The notes beneath the pieces were generated by a model. The model was given only the letters and a program-made list of their open reading frames with translations, made no database searches and was not told where the DNA came from. This document shows positions 1 to 13,136 of a stretch of 64,000 bases of DNA, piece after piece (the first letter of the stretch is position 1; every line of letters starts with the position of its first letter). The stretch is from Catajapyx aquilonaris (taxonomy: Eukaryota): contig KZ537965.1 in assembly GCA_000934665.2 (NCBI GenBank), positions 248,001 through 312,000 on the forward strand. The letters run 5' to 3'. The position numbers and the translations under genes were made by a program.

Positions 1-464
1 ATGATGGCGGCTGCTTGGCCTACTTAGGTCTCATTTCCATTCGACATGAGGTAAAGACGGGTTCGAAGGGTGGGTTTTTGGGGATGAGGAAACAGATGGA
101 GGGGTTGATGAAGGAAGGGTGTGTCCTGCCCTGTGACAATTCACGAAATATTTGCATGTTACGCATTGCGTAAGAGCCATGGGTGCGGGGGAAAAATAGC
201 GCTTCAGCGACTATTTTGAATGCTGATGGCCGACCGCACACCTCCAGAATTTTTTTAAACCCGCTTTCCCCCCTCACTTTTCGCATGAATCGGCCTGAAA
301 AGTACCACACCAGCACACAAAAAGGAAAACAAAACGAGAGACCTCCCCCCCGTACTCAATTAGCTTTCAGCACAAGCTAGTTATGGATGATAATTAAAAA
401 TTAAACTGCGCGAGAGGCACGGGAGGGCAACAACAAAAGGGGAGCCCAAGCGCTAGTTATTTAC

Positions 465-500
465 TGCACACACACACATACATGTGAGTGTGTGTGTGCA
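465..500. repeat. Inverted (CA)n/(TG)n microsatellite forming a palindrome
   Basis: tgcacacacacac (465-477) is the reverse complement of gtgtgtgtgtgca (488-500), with a 10-nt centre. Confidence 0.8.
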
Positions 501-3500
501 CATGCACTTGTGACGTATGCAACGGGAATTACGGCCGACGCTTACAAACGGCATTGTGAATCTCTGCCAAGGTCGTGTTTTTTTTATATATGCATGATCA
601 CCTGTGATTGTCAATGAACAGTTGATATTGCCCACATTTGCATCGTTTTCAAGAACAAGTTGACGTCATTTTAAACAATATTTTTCTCCTTATATGGTAG
701 TGCAAACGGTGCAGTATTGCAATAACCGGAAGGAAGCTGTAAATACACACTCGACACGGCGGAGAACATAAAAGAACAGTGCGCAGTGCCTTTCATTTCA
801 CACCGAACCAATCGAGAGTAAATGGAGCGACAATACAACACACAGTCACGTGCTCAAAACAACGGTACGACGCACACTTGTCACCTGTTTACTTCTTCTT
901 TTTTTATGGAGAAGTAGAACGCACCGGAGGGTTTCCTGGAAATGGTGCAACACATGTCAATAAAGAGTAGCACAATGGTAACGTCACTTCGCACTTCATG
1001 GCTACCTTCTGAGTTTGCGGGGCATAGAAATCGCCAGCTTTTGCTTCCATACGCAACGAGCTTCCATTGTCAACAACCTTCACCAAGCCAGTAAGAGTCA
1101 CCGCCCAAAAGATTTTTTTTTTCGAAAAAAGGGGGGGTTCCGGTTATATAACCCACACAATGCCACTTTCATTTTGCCCCCCCCCCCCCCCAACTTTATT
1201 GGACCCAGGGATAAAATATGGAGGCGATAACGTAAAACCACGAGCCCAATAATTAATACCAGAATCAATCAGCCCTAGACCATAAAGCGGAAGTGTCGCA
1301 AGTTTACTGAAGCATTAAGGCACGTGGTGGGGTTGTGTGCACGTGTGGGAAGGTGAGCCGGAAAAAGAAATATAATAATAATTAAAAAAATACACATCCT
1401 CTATCTCGACACCTACGTCTGCATACAGCCACAATAGCAACATTAGAAGCGTCATTGTTTATTGTGAGGTCATTTCGGAATCGAGACCGTTAGGGAAGCA
1501 GAAGGTCGTTCCCCTTCCTGGATTTGTCCCTGTCTAAGTGTTACATGTCACAGGTGGCCGGAGTACGAGGCCTCCAACCCACTTTTTTTTTTTTTTGAAC
1601 CAACCAACCACCACCCACAACACGACACTTATGCTGTTGTTTACAAACGTATGCACCAAAGTGTGCTGGCGGGGGTGGTTTATCAGTCCGGCTGTGCAGC
1701 TGAACTTCCAAAGCCCAAAGTTACACGGTGTGATGTCGAGGAAGTGCAATTGCAACAATGTAAAAGGGGTAATCGACCTTGACCAGCTTCAATTGACTTT
1801 GGCTACAAACTTTGTTGCGTTTTGCGCTGGTGCACTCAAGTTCATTGCCTTTTTGCAAGTTGCTATCGGTTGCCCCTTTTTATATAGCACAGCGATAGGC
1901 TTCGCCACTTAGGTTCGAAATTTCGTTTTATAGCCACCGGTTTGATTGCCACTGGAATTACAAGGTGTGCTAATAACATCCTGGTCGTACATTGTATCTA
2001 TTCTTGCACACTTGTCAATCAGATATTGCCCCCCTTTTTTCGCAAAAGACTATCCGTTATGCAAATTTCTCCACGAAATTCCAGAGTGATTAGCAGGTGG
2101 TGTTAGGCACGTCAACCCTGCCGCATTTCCATTCCTTTCTGCGGCATTAATCCTTCTCCCCTGGTCGTAAAGGCAGAATCCTATGCAGATAAAAGGAGAA
2201 GGGGGGGGGGGGGGGGTGCGTATGCTNGGGGGGGTTGCGTATGCTCGCAAAAATAGCGGGGCGGCGTTATAGTACTGGCCCCGTCTCTTGTGTTTTTATT
2301 GCTTGTACTTAGCTTGTGGGCTGAATTCCAGAGCGTTTATGCCCACCTTCCCGTAATTGATGTTAGAAATGACCGACACTTACTTTGAATTTTTTTAAGA
2401 GGGTTAGATGCTGGGTATGAAAATCTGGAAATAAACTGGACGAGTCGTTGTAACTCAAGGACGGTCACACACTTACACAGCTAGACCCGGGGGTTATTTA
2501 TGCGGCCGTGGGCTAAATATAATTGTCATGAATACTTTATCTTGCGGGCGGGAGGAAAAAAATGGGAAGCATGGCCTCCTTTATTGTTCTGCGCCACAAG
2601 AGTAACGCTCATCTGACTTGTACGAATAGCTGGCTATGAAACGGGTACTTTGAAGGCACTCTACGTTTATGGAGACGTGTGGTATGCATATCTTTGGACT
2701 TTTAAAAAAAATGCGAAAGTACAGCATGGACCAAAATTGATGTTTACTTGCAGTGTTCAGAGTGACAAGTGTCAATCGAGTGATCCATGACCCCTAGTCA
2801 ATTAGGCTGCTGATGAACTTGTTGACCCATGCCACTTGTGACACTGCTCTCGAGAAGATAGTCACTCGAGGGGGGAACACATGCCACAGAACATGCCTAC
2901 AAATATATACTTCAGATATTAAAATACATTTTGCATTATGTCCGTTTACAATGCACAACCCTAGAAATTTAAGAACTCTCAATGAATCTTTGACAGGCAT
3001 CCACTTTGGGTCCGGCCGTGTCATTCTCCTCCAAACTATTCCAGCATTCCAGTCCGTCTTATGCCAAACCATCCAAAAAATGTAGTCCCAAACTCGCACC
3101 TTCCAAAAAAAAATATGTATATTCAAGAAAAAAAAGGGATATGCGGCATCCACTTCATGAATTCGCGAAAAATTGCGGATCCTTTTTGGCCATGGCTATA
3201 CTTCTTCTTCACAATTTTTTCCCCCCGTGTCTTCGCTATAGATGCGAGCCGCATTCCTGAGTGAGTGCTGGCAAAGAATTCCCACATAAGCCCTGGCCCA
3301 CGGAAGAAGGTGCGCTGTACCAAATACCTGTGTGCCAGGCGGTAGCCAAGGTCAACGACCAGACAGGTGAAGTGCGCAAGACTTTGGTCCAATGCAGCTC
3401 AGGCAAAAGAAGAGAGCGGAAGGAAAGGTAGAAAAAAAAATTTAGAAGATGGCAGTCGAATTCCAGGCTAAATTTCGGCACGTTTTGACTATTCCAGCTA

Positions 3501-4850
3501 GACAATAGAGAAGAGAGAAAAAAAGTTTTCTCAAAGGATATTTTGCCCCAATTTTTAGGTTGTGAAATTTGCACAAGTGGCTTGGTGCAGTGTACATATG
3601 TGGTGTCTCCGGATGGATGCGCATGCACCTTGCAGTGTGAGGGGGGTTGTAAAGTCATGATTACCAACCTTTGCCTTACGACTGCAATTCCTCCCTGGGT
3701 TGAGAGATACTAAAGAAGGGTAACGACTTTGTTTAGTGGCCGCCACGTTATCCTGCCCCCCCACCAAAAATCGAGGTCGCGGGTCACATGTCGCTGGATC
3801 TGCTCAACATTACGGTGCGTTTTGGTACGATGGTCGTCTATAGGAGAAAATTGCAGGGGAGAGACCCTTCTTCTTATATAGCAAACGTGTGGTCACCCAA
3901 ATGCTGTTCCGACCAGCACTCTCGAAATAGCAGGCAGAGAGGACAATGGCCAAAGTTGACCATGGAGGGACATGAAAAGCGCAAGAGTGATGAACAACAT
4001 GTGAATTCCAGAGGGCGTGAAAAAAAAGCAGACTGTTTTCGTCGAGCAAGAAGTAAACACCAAGTTAGCCTGCAGACATTTCAAGTGCATTGGCAGCATG
4101 CTGAAAAACCTTGCGTAGGATGTGCGCACGAATTTTCATCGCCAATGTTGTTTTCGTCATATTTATGCCGTTTGTGCCGTCCATTTTTAGAGCGAAAATC
4201 AGGTTTTCCAACATAATTACTTGAACCCAGAAGAAAGTATTGATGCTAATTTTTCATGATCCCCAAAGCAAATATGTCGAGGCAAACAATTATTTAATCG
4301 AATATATTAAGACCAGGGATGCACACAGTTAGCATTACTCCATCCAGAATGTAAAACGAATCCGACGTGGCATGTAACGGAAGGTATTTTCGCAACTTGT
4401 TTCCTATATAACTGCGTCCGACACTACCAATGTATGAGCCTCTTCAGATAATGTACGCAACAAATGAGCCGACAAAAAAACAAACTAGATTTTCCAGTAT
4501 GTTGCTTCCCTCCAGGAATGAAGATCTCCTGGTAGATATTGCTTGGAGGAGACTGGTCATCGCATCCCATGTTAATGTGAATAACCAGCCCATCCTTTTT
4601 TTTGCTTCATTTCTTTCTTTTTTGTTTGTGTGCGATGCTTCTTCTGCGCATTCCTGGCTCGGTCAGCGACTAGGCAAGGCAGCGGCTGCAAAAATACTGC
4701 GAAAGAAGCCCCCAGGCTAAAAATGCCAAGCGCAAGAAAAGGTGGACCGGTACAAGGCCCTTGCTGTACACGACCTTGGAACATGCGCATCAAGTTGAGC
4801 CATGCATACAGATGGCCACGGGGGAAAAAGACGAATCCTTTCTTCCACCT

Positions 4851-4883
4851 ATAATAATTATTATTATAATTATTATAATTAAT
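4851..4883. repeat. (ATA/ATT)n low-complexity microsatellite
   Basis: ataataattattattataattattataattaat; it gives the poly-Ile run in ORF 4761..4952. Confidence 0.8.
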
Positions 4884-4896
4884 TTTAAAAAAACAA

Positions 4897-4995
4897 CAAG
4901 TTCCTCCTCCACCAGAGGCGCTGCCTCCCCAGTGCGCAGGCGCAGGGGCTAATCAGAAGCCTCGGTCATACAACGAAGGATTTTAATATTATAGA
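4897..4995 (-). mobile_element. Short non-autonomous Helitron-like repeat, family A, copy 1
   Basis: Shares ccaccagag(g/a)cgctgc, tgcgcaggcg, aatcagaag and gtcatacaacgaaggatttta with 8349-8485. On the minus strand it begins A|TCTATAATATTAAAATCC (Helitron-type 5' TC end), has a gaggc-agc-gcctc hairpin near the other end, and ends CTTG where copy 2 has CTAG. Confidence 0.6.
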
Positions 4996-7847
4996 TAATG
5001 ATAGGAGAAAAATTTGGTGGACAATGAGCGAGAGTACGGGGCAGTTACAAATTATCGCAATGTTATTCAGAGCTTTCCACTCCCGAGCGTGTGTGTGTAT
5101 GGTCGTTACGTGAATTATTTGAGTGATCGATTGGACTGGGCCGCTATAATATATACATATAGTGGCGTTGGTTTAAATTTTATGAATGTGGCTGGGTTTT
5201 GCCGCAGTGCATTTTGCTGTTACAGCAATTAGTGTGGGGGAGTTGTGCGATATGTATGGTACCATTGTAGTTGTGGTGATACTGAAAGGTTATGCTTTCC
5301 CTAGGAACAAGAGCCTGACCTTTTTTTATCCTGAGGGTTAGACTATTTTCATATGCACTGCGGGTGGCTCTGAATAGTCAGGATAAAATCGGATAAAATA
5401 GTCTGCTGAAGAGGCAGGAAAAGATTTTTTTAAAGAAGTCGGTGCATAATGTTACATGTGATAAAGACACAATCCTTATCCTGACAACACATCGCCTTGT
5501 ACATTGTTTGTTAGCCATAACTTGCAATAACGGACAGTTAACATCTGTAAAGTCCCCTTATCTGATAGAGTGTATCGGCGTCACTCCACCTGCCGGCCCC
5601 TCCATTTACACAAAAACCGGGCATGGTTACGGTTACGGGGCATGAGTGTTGTTTACGTATCCCGGCGCGAGTGTTGTCTGGCGTTTCCTGGCCCTGTAAT
5701 GTGACGGGGGCCGGCGCCGTTATTCAGCGCCGCCGACGATAGATCATGCTATTTCCGGAAGTGGAAAAGGCGTACCCTGCCAGAAGCTGCCTACTCTCTC
5801 TCTCTCTCTTTTCTTTTTTTTATATATATATATGTATTCCGGCAGCATGAAACGTCTCGTCTGGTCTGGAGCCTCCAAGTTTGTGTGCCTATACTGGTGG
5901 GAGCCCCTGGCAAAGTCAAGCGCCCTTAGCGTCGCTTGCATAGCAACACGGCACCGTCTGGGAGACACGTCGTGGGCGTAACACTGTTCCCATTCCCACT
6001 CTGCTCATGCCCCCCTTCTGCCACGAATATTTTTGACATTACACTTTAGCCCACCCGCACCTCAATAGTTCAACCAATATTTATTTATTAAAAAAAACAA
6101 TAAGCCAAAGTCATCTGAGGAGGCCAATCACGCCTCGGTTAGCGGAGTCCACGCATATATAATTAATGCTGATTAGATATGTAAAAACAATGAAAGCAGA
6201 TAGATGGACAATATTTTTGTAAGGGTCCTAAAGTAGCAAAAATTTGGAATGAGGCTAATTTTGTTGCCATGCGGTTGCGTAACCGGGTTGTATACTAGTT
6301 TTGATTCCGGCGCTTGCCGTGCTGTGTACTTGGTTGGCATTTGGCACAGTTTAGTTATTTCCGGGTGCACGCACAGCACACTTTGCCTCATGTCTGAATG
6401 TAAGGTGCGCAATACTGTTTGAAGGGGAGGGCTTTTGCTTTAGCTCGGAGGGAGAAATTGAAAAGCGGTAAATGGGTCAGGTGCGTCGGGCATTTCGTTT
6501 TCTAACGTGCAGCCAATCGAGTAGGGGGAATCCGGATAATTGCCTTCATTTCATATGGTTAATTGGTAATGCCCATACCCTTACCTTACGTAAATTGCGG
6601 GCAGGTGGGTACGACAGCAATGCACAACGGTTTTGTATAGGTCTTGCTTGCATAGGCGTTTAAAAAAACTGGTCGTGGTTTTAAAACTATAAGTGGTTTA
6701 GATTAGGCTCAGCGGGAGACCTGGTTTATAACTAGACACGGCGAGAAAAGTGAAAGTGAGAAATATAGATTGAGGAGTGTGAAACATGGTGATGTGAAAG
6801 TGATAAGAGTGATTTTTTTTCTTTCTTTCCAAAGCGAATTGTTGGCGGAGGTAGTTCCAAGATTACCTGATTTTTCTTGTGCAATGAGTCAGATAGGAGT
6901 GGGCTTTAAATCGATATGTTTTTCCCATGTATGTATGCAAAACTTTCAAGCTTAATTGAATTTCCGGTCCGCAATAAAAATCCACCTGAGAAAGTGTTTG
7001 CTTTCATAAATAACTTCATAAACGGTTGGGCAATAGCCATAAATAAATGCCAGGCAGTTATACATACAATGAACACGTAAGGTGTCGAGGACTTGACAAA
7101 TGTAAGATCGCAATAAAGTACGTGCCACTGATTTTTTTACGCGATTGCCGGCACCATTTGAAACGTCAGTGACAGTTTGATACAGACGAACGATAATCCT
7201 GTTGACAAATCTGCTAGCGTGCATTTCATCCCTTTGTTACGAAGGACTGGAACGGACAAGGCCCTAATTTTTTTCCGTGGTAGTTCAGGAAGGCCCAGAG
7301 TCAATATTTTGGTTCGTGACCAACCCTCCAAAGTGACATTGATGCACAATTTCCTAAACACTATATATACGGGTTTCTTTTAAAAAATTTCAGCGTCTGC
7401 AACTGTAACAAGGTCGTATCCTGCGGCGCTCCCAAAAACTTTTTAGTGGAAACCTGGTCGACTTAGTTAATCACTTTAAGGTCGAAAAAAGAAGCTGGTT
7501 TTAGCGGGCAGAGAAAAACCCTTTTCTACACGAAGAGTCACTTCCTCCAGCCAAGTTTTTGCCGCGTGATTCAAAGTTAGGCCCTGGGTTACACACTTTA
7601 TAAAGAGTTTTAGAGGGGGGGTGTTTTCTACGCGACCGAAATTGGAAGTGGATACAAGTATTTTGAGGTCGGAGGGAGAAGAAACAGGGTTTCCGCCTTA
7701 ATGCGTCGGTTTTTTTTCCCTTCCATGGCCATCAGGGGTAACGAGTAGGTTAAAGTTAAAAGCAGGGAGGGCGTGATCGTTGAGTTTGAAAATGAAATCA
7801 AGGCTGGTCCGCACTGCGCTTCCTAAAAGTCAGACGGTACGCAAAAA

Positions 7848-8114
7848 ATGCCCCAAAGGCATTTTCGGCGTTCACCTTTTAGGCCCGTCTCGCCGGGGCA
7901 GAAATGGGGTTCCGGCCAGGCTGCTCCCCAAGACTTCTTTTCTGCCGCCCACCTTCTTCATTCCCAGACCGCCAAGGACGGAGACTCTGGGCTGCATGCT
8001 CAACTTGCCAAATTGTTCGGTTCCAAAGTGCCCAGACGGTCTTGCGAATTCACGATTCTCGACGGTCCTAGAAAATGTAACATGGATGTAAAATCAGCCT
8101 ATGGAGAATACTGA
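7848..8114 (+). CDS. Possible 88-aa small ORF of unknown function (may be spurious)
   Basis: True ATG in gcaaaaaATG context, locally GC-richer, followed by an AT-rich tract; TATAAAAG at 7599-7606. No recognisable domain. Confidence 0.15.
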   Translation: MPQRHFRRSPFRPVSPGQKWGSGQAAPQDFFSAAHLLHSQTAKDGDSGLHAQLAKLFGSKVPRRSCEFTILDGPRKCNMDVKSAYGEY

Positions 8115-8190
8115 AGAGAAATCTACCATCAAATTACACATACAATTCATTTTTAATTATTAGGCTACATAAATTTTATTATTTTCATAT

Positions 8191-8326
8191 TACATGGTGA
8201 CCAAAAAATCGGGACACATTGGTAATAATATTATACTGTTGGTTGCCAGGATACCAATATTGTCAACCAACAATATGATATTATTAGGCGTACCTATATG
8301 TGTCCAGACTTTTAGGTCACCCTGTA
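8191..8326. mobile_element. Tc1/mariner-type MITE (fold-back element with TA target duplication)
   Basis: Left end TAcatggtgaccaaaaaatcgggacaca matches the reverse complement of the right end, TAcagggtgacctaaaagtctggacaca. The inner arms aataatattatactgttggttgcca / tgtcaaccaacaatatgatattatt are also inverted. TA-CAGGGTG termini are typical of the Tc1/mariner superfamily. Confidence 0.85.
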
Positions 8327-8348
8327 TGCTGTCATTTTCATTCCATAC

Positions 8349-8485
8349 TAGTTTACTCCTCCCATCCACCAGAGACGCTGCATACCCCCATTGCGCAGGC
8401 GTAAAACAGGGGCCAATCGGAAGCGTCGCGCATACAATGCGCGGCGGACCAATCAGAAGGATCCGTCATACAACGAAGGATTTTA
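8349..8485 (-). mobile_element. Short non-autonomous Helitron-like repeat, family A, copy 2
   Basis: Homologous to 4897-4995, with an extra internal ccaatc(g/a)gaag unit. On the minus strand it ends ...ggaggagtaaaCTAG|T (Helitron-type 3' end); the 5' TC end is lost. Confidence 0.6.
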
Positions 8486-8734
8486 CCGTCATACCGTCAA
8501 AGGTGGTGAGATTGTGCCAGTGAATTTTTGGACAACAGTACGCCCTATACTGGCAGTAAGCGAATTTAGGCATGTTTTACTACATTGAGGGGTGGTCAAG
8601 GTTGACAATGACGAGAAAAAATCGCGATAGGGCGCATTGTTATCCCCCCAAAAAATGCGCTGGCACAATCTCACACCACCTGGCACGAGCTCACCCCAAC
8701 TGACGGTACACGTTGTACATATTTTATAATTATA

Positions 8735-8866
8735 TTACAGTATTTTCACTGAATATTTATTTTAACATTTTCTTACAGTACCGTACTTTCACTGAATATT
8801 TATTTTAACATTTTCTTACAGTACTTTCACTGAATATTTATTTTAACATTTTATTACAGTATTTTC
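8735..8866. repeat. 38-bp AT-rich minisatellite, about 3.3 copies
   Basis: Unit ttacagta(t/c)tttcactgaatatttattttaacatttt(c/a) starts at 8735, 8773, 8816 and 8854; the second copy has a 5-bp ccgta insertion. Confidence 0.95.
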
Positions 8867-8939
8867 GCATTTTGATATTAACCAAAAAAAACTTTGCGTC
8901 CTAGTACTTTTGCAACTTGAGGGCATCAATTTGCAATTT

Positions 8940-8993
8940 TTTCAGTCTCCAAATGTCAAGAGGCAGCAGTTGTCGGCCCCGCTTGGTATCTAG
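8940..8993 (+). mobile_element. Possible Helitron 3' terminus
   Basis: Degenerate GC-rich hairpin gaggcagcagttgtcggccccgc, followed after 7 nt by CTAG|T at 8990-8994. Confidence 0.35.
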
Positions 8994-11900
8994 TTTTAAC
9001 TCTCGTGACACAACCAGCGCCTGGGGAGGCTTGGGTTCCCAATGAGATGCCACGTTTCGTCTTTGGGAAAAACCGAAGTTTTCGATTGCGACAGCGTAGG
9101 TGGAGCATTGACGTCAACTAATGAAATTGCGCGACATTTTGACTGTCACTCCTCACAACTAGTTTGGTCCGTCCGATGTGACCCAAAGCCAATTATGTGC
9201 CGGTCTGAACTGCTCTCAAGAGGATTCCTTCGGTAAAGTGCAATCGATCGCGTGTGTCCTGCTTGCCCATTTTATTTTATGAAGGGAAAATGATTTTAGG
9301 TCGATTGGGACACACACTTCCTTGCGACGCTTAAAGGACTTAGTAGCTATAATTATTTTCTCGAGACGTACAGTAGTCTGGCCCGCATGTTTACAACTCG
9401 CGTGTACAAATTTAGTCCCCAGACATACTGGGTTAATTTCTGGCCCGTCTGGACTGAAAATTGGTCTCGAAAAAAAAATAATATTATTGGCACCTTGAGT
9501 GCATTGCCCCCTGCTAAATCACTCAGATGGGCAATGGAGCTTTGCAAAACAGCTGGTTAAGTCTGTAAATCTGTACAGTGCCAAAACTTCTAGCAATAGG
9601 TGCAGACTGGAGTAAATATAGTCTGGTTGCTAAGCGTACAGTACAGTAGGCCTACACACCGGATTAATTCGCATCTATCCATCGAGGTGTTGAATGTCCT
9701 CCTGTTGATTATATTTGGATGCTTTTCCTTCAGAGCGTGCCGGCACCTCTTTTCACGTGCAAAACCATTAATCTCTGGTCTGGTCCGAGCCGGCACCCTT
9801 TTGTCGGTAGCCTTTTCGCACACCCACTTTTTTTATATTTGCATTCTTCATCAGAATGCACGGAGCTTTATTTGGCGCCTCTATATTTCCCTTATGCACA
9901 TCACTAGACTGCATACAATATAAGAAGAGCCAGACATTGTGCTGTGGGAACATGCAATTCATTCCGGGTGGGCTGCCCCGGATTTTTTAAAAATAACTGG
10001 GGTGGGCCTTGTTTTTTTTATTTCGTTTAAAAAGATGCCCCCTTTTGTGCGCTCAAATTGTTTTCCAAGGACCGGTGCTTGGAAGACTCAGTTTTTTTTA
10101 ATATTATTTGGTTCCTTCTTCTTGCGGTGCGGTGTGTTGATTATTTTGCACTAGGCCCCGTGGAAAGGTCTATAATTCGGGAACTTTTCCTTCCCATTAC
10201 TCGGAAAAGCAAAGTCCCCTTGCGACTATAAAAATGATTGCCTCCTTCCCACCGTGTGTAAGTTGGTGGGGAAGGTTTCTTTTATACCGCGGTGTGTAAG
10301 TCAGTCGGAAGTTATGCGATAATTTTTGCTTTTTACGGGTCCAGGTGATTAGACGATATGGTGCAAAACCCGTGTGTGTGTGACGGTTTAATTGCTTATT
10401 TCGCGTACTGGTGTTTTTTTTGAGCAGTAAATATCGGGGGCCTTAAGGACAGATGGGTTTGGCACTTTTGGTCGTCTAACTCCCTATACTGTATAGTGGA
10501 CTCTGGAGATGATTTATCGAGAACATTTCCAGTAGGCGTGACAGTCGGGAGGTTAGCATCATTACCCATGCTTCCGTGAAATTTATGTCCGGGACACTCA
10601 TTAGTCCAAATTGATTACTTTGTTCCGACCCATAGGCCTATTACACGTTAAGAAGAATGGCTCATCCCCCCATTGTGTTAAAACTATCCATGAATAATTA
10701 TAATGGTTTGATTTGATTGCTCTTTCTGCGCTGGCTGCTTCGGGGCGGGGTGCTTGTGCTGTTCAGGTGCAAACATATGGACATTGGTTTTCGAGAAAAA
10801 GTCGAAACCGCAACTCTCCTAATAAATTCCTGCCAGTTTTTGGCATTCTGCTGTCACTTTATCACAATGAGAGAACAAGCCCGTTGACAAAATGCCTTGG
10901 GACTGAATGACGTGCCGATTTGTAAGCGTCAGGAAGTGTCAGGAGGGACGTAAGAAAATATGCGTCGTCTTTTCTTTCCCTAAATCAATGCTAGCAAACC
11001 ACGACCAAGAGACGACGGAAGGTCGCACAGGGTGCTCTGAAAAATAATCAGAAGGTGCGGTTAAAAAATTTAGGTTCCCACAGCGTATTTACCACCCACC
11101 ATGCAATGCTGATTACTGACCCAAACTCCAATAATAGCGGCTACTATACACGTGGGAAATGCGGAAAAAGCTTCCCCCTAACAAGATTGGTACGCACAGC
11201 CCATTATTGGCGCGCCCCTCCTCTTTTTCGAGGCAAAAAGTGTTGAATGGGACCGAAATTCCTGGCGTTCACCAGCGCAACATCCTGTGATTATAAAGGA
11301 AGCAGTCCTCCGCCTCCCCTAAAGACGTATTGGGTGTTGACCGTTGAAGCGTTTGGTAGAGAAGAGCAAAGAGAGGAAGCGGTGGAGACAAATGGAGGAG
11401 GGCCGCTCCCTTTTTCGGAGATTCCTTTTTTTTTCTTTACACTCCCCCTTAAGGAAACCCAGACTATCTGGCATCCTCCAAAATCCAGCAGAACAAAGCA
11501 ACAATCTTCGGCAACCTTTTTTTGAGCTACCTACGGAGGTGGGGGGAACAAGATTGACCTCTTTTGCCTGGAGGCGACGGGAATTCTTGAGACGCGTGGG
11601 CTGCCCCCCAAGATGGCGTCTCCGTTGTTGTGTTTTCCCGCCTAAACTCCTCTCAAGGTTACCAGATCTGGAAACAGCGTGGGCATCTGGGCCACGTTTT
11701 GTTACCAAGGAGGAGACGCCGTCAAATCTTATGCTATTAGCAGGCAATTACAAAGCGGCAAATAACAAGAGGGCCTGGGTGGTAGTTAAACAGGGTGAGC
11801 TACAAGGCCTGAATATTTAGCGCAGGAAATAATCCTTCGTCGCAGAGATTTTATGAAGTGTTTAATAGGACATAATGTGTTTCAAGACTTGATATAAACG

Positions 11901-13136
11901 AAGACACGTTGCCACACACAGGATGCGACCCCTTTTACGACAGCCCCTAAAATCTCCGAGGGTCCTGATGGACACGTCTTTGGGAAGGGGTTAAAGGTGA
12001 CCAGGAGCCCCGACGCTAAATTTAGGCATTGTTCCTAAGTAGTCGCAGGCAGGGGACATTTGCCCCGCCCATAAATAGCTCGACTGCTGTGTCGCAGAAG
12101 GTGAAATCGTATCTGGTAGCATCACAGGAAGGCCCCCATTGTGAAGTACGAAAGGGGTAGTTGGGCTGAGAAGAATGGGGACAATCACCCGTCGCGTCCT
12201 CTGGCTCTCAGACTTTGTTGCGTCGCGTCCATTTCTGAGAAACAAGCCAAACACTCTTTTTTGGGCGTGTCAGAGCATTTTTTTTTTAAATAGAAAAAGA
12301 GGGCCGGTTATTGACTCATTGACCGAGAAAGTTTGCTACAGTATATAACTACACGTGTGTTACTATGTTTGCACAGCGCACACGTTTCTGTATGCAATTA
12401 CATATCGTGCGGAACCTGCATAACTCATCGACGCATAGTTGACAGGTCGCCAAGCACGTCCCCTAATAAAATGTAAGCAAATTTGCTTCTAGATGGGAAG
12501 CCAAAAAAAAAAGTTCCTTTGATGAAGTCTTTTTAGGATCCTGGTGTGTGAAGGCATGTGATTGGGCGAACACCCAACGCGTCGAATACACAGCATGTGT
12601 GAGTAAGGGGAGAGAGAGGGAGATAGGTTGGGTGAGAAGAAGAGTAAAAAATAGGGATAGGAATTCCGTAGTGGAGGAGTCACGGGCGTGGTAAAAACAC
12701 GCAAAGATTCCCTCCAAGTCCACGTGGCTCATTCGCATGTGGAGAGTGAGTGGTACCAACGAAGAAAGGACCATTTATGGAATGCGGCGCCACCAGCCTG
12801 CCTGATGCCTGCTCCTATGGCTTGGGAACTAGTTTTTGGAGCCTCTCTTCCTTTGGGGGGTGGGGGACTTTTGCTGGGCTTGCTTTGCTTGCTTGTTGCT
12901 ATCCCCTATCTGGCTGCTCTATGGAATGTGCCCAACAGCGTCTGCCAAGTGCAGTAGTGTCCAATGTTGTTGATGCAACGAGGTTTTTCGCCTCGGGGAC
13001 ATGTCGCTGTCAGGTTTCTCTGGTTAAAAGGTCACGGATATATTAGCTCAGTAAAATTGAGGTGTAAGGCTGTACTTGGAGCATTTTGTGAGTCATTATT
13101 AAGCTTAATATGTGACTCATTTTGTGTATTTTTCAG

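Noticed and set aside
1316..1335. taaggcacgtggtg resembles the 5' end of miR-124
   Set aside because: The 3' half does not match and there is no hairpin. Other conserved miRNA seeds checked by eye, mainly on the plus strand, also failed.
12688..12957. ORF with a hydrophobic, transmembrane-like stretch
   Set aside because: It is explained by T/G-rich low-complexity sequence, has a non-ATG start and has no other support.
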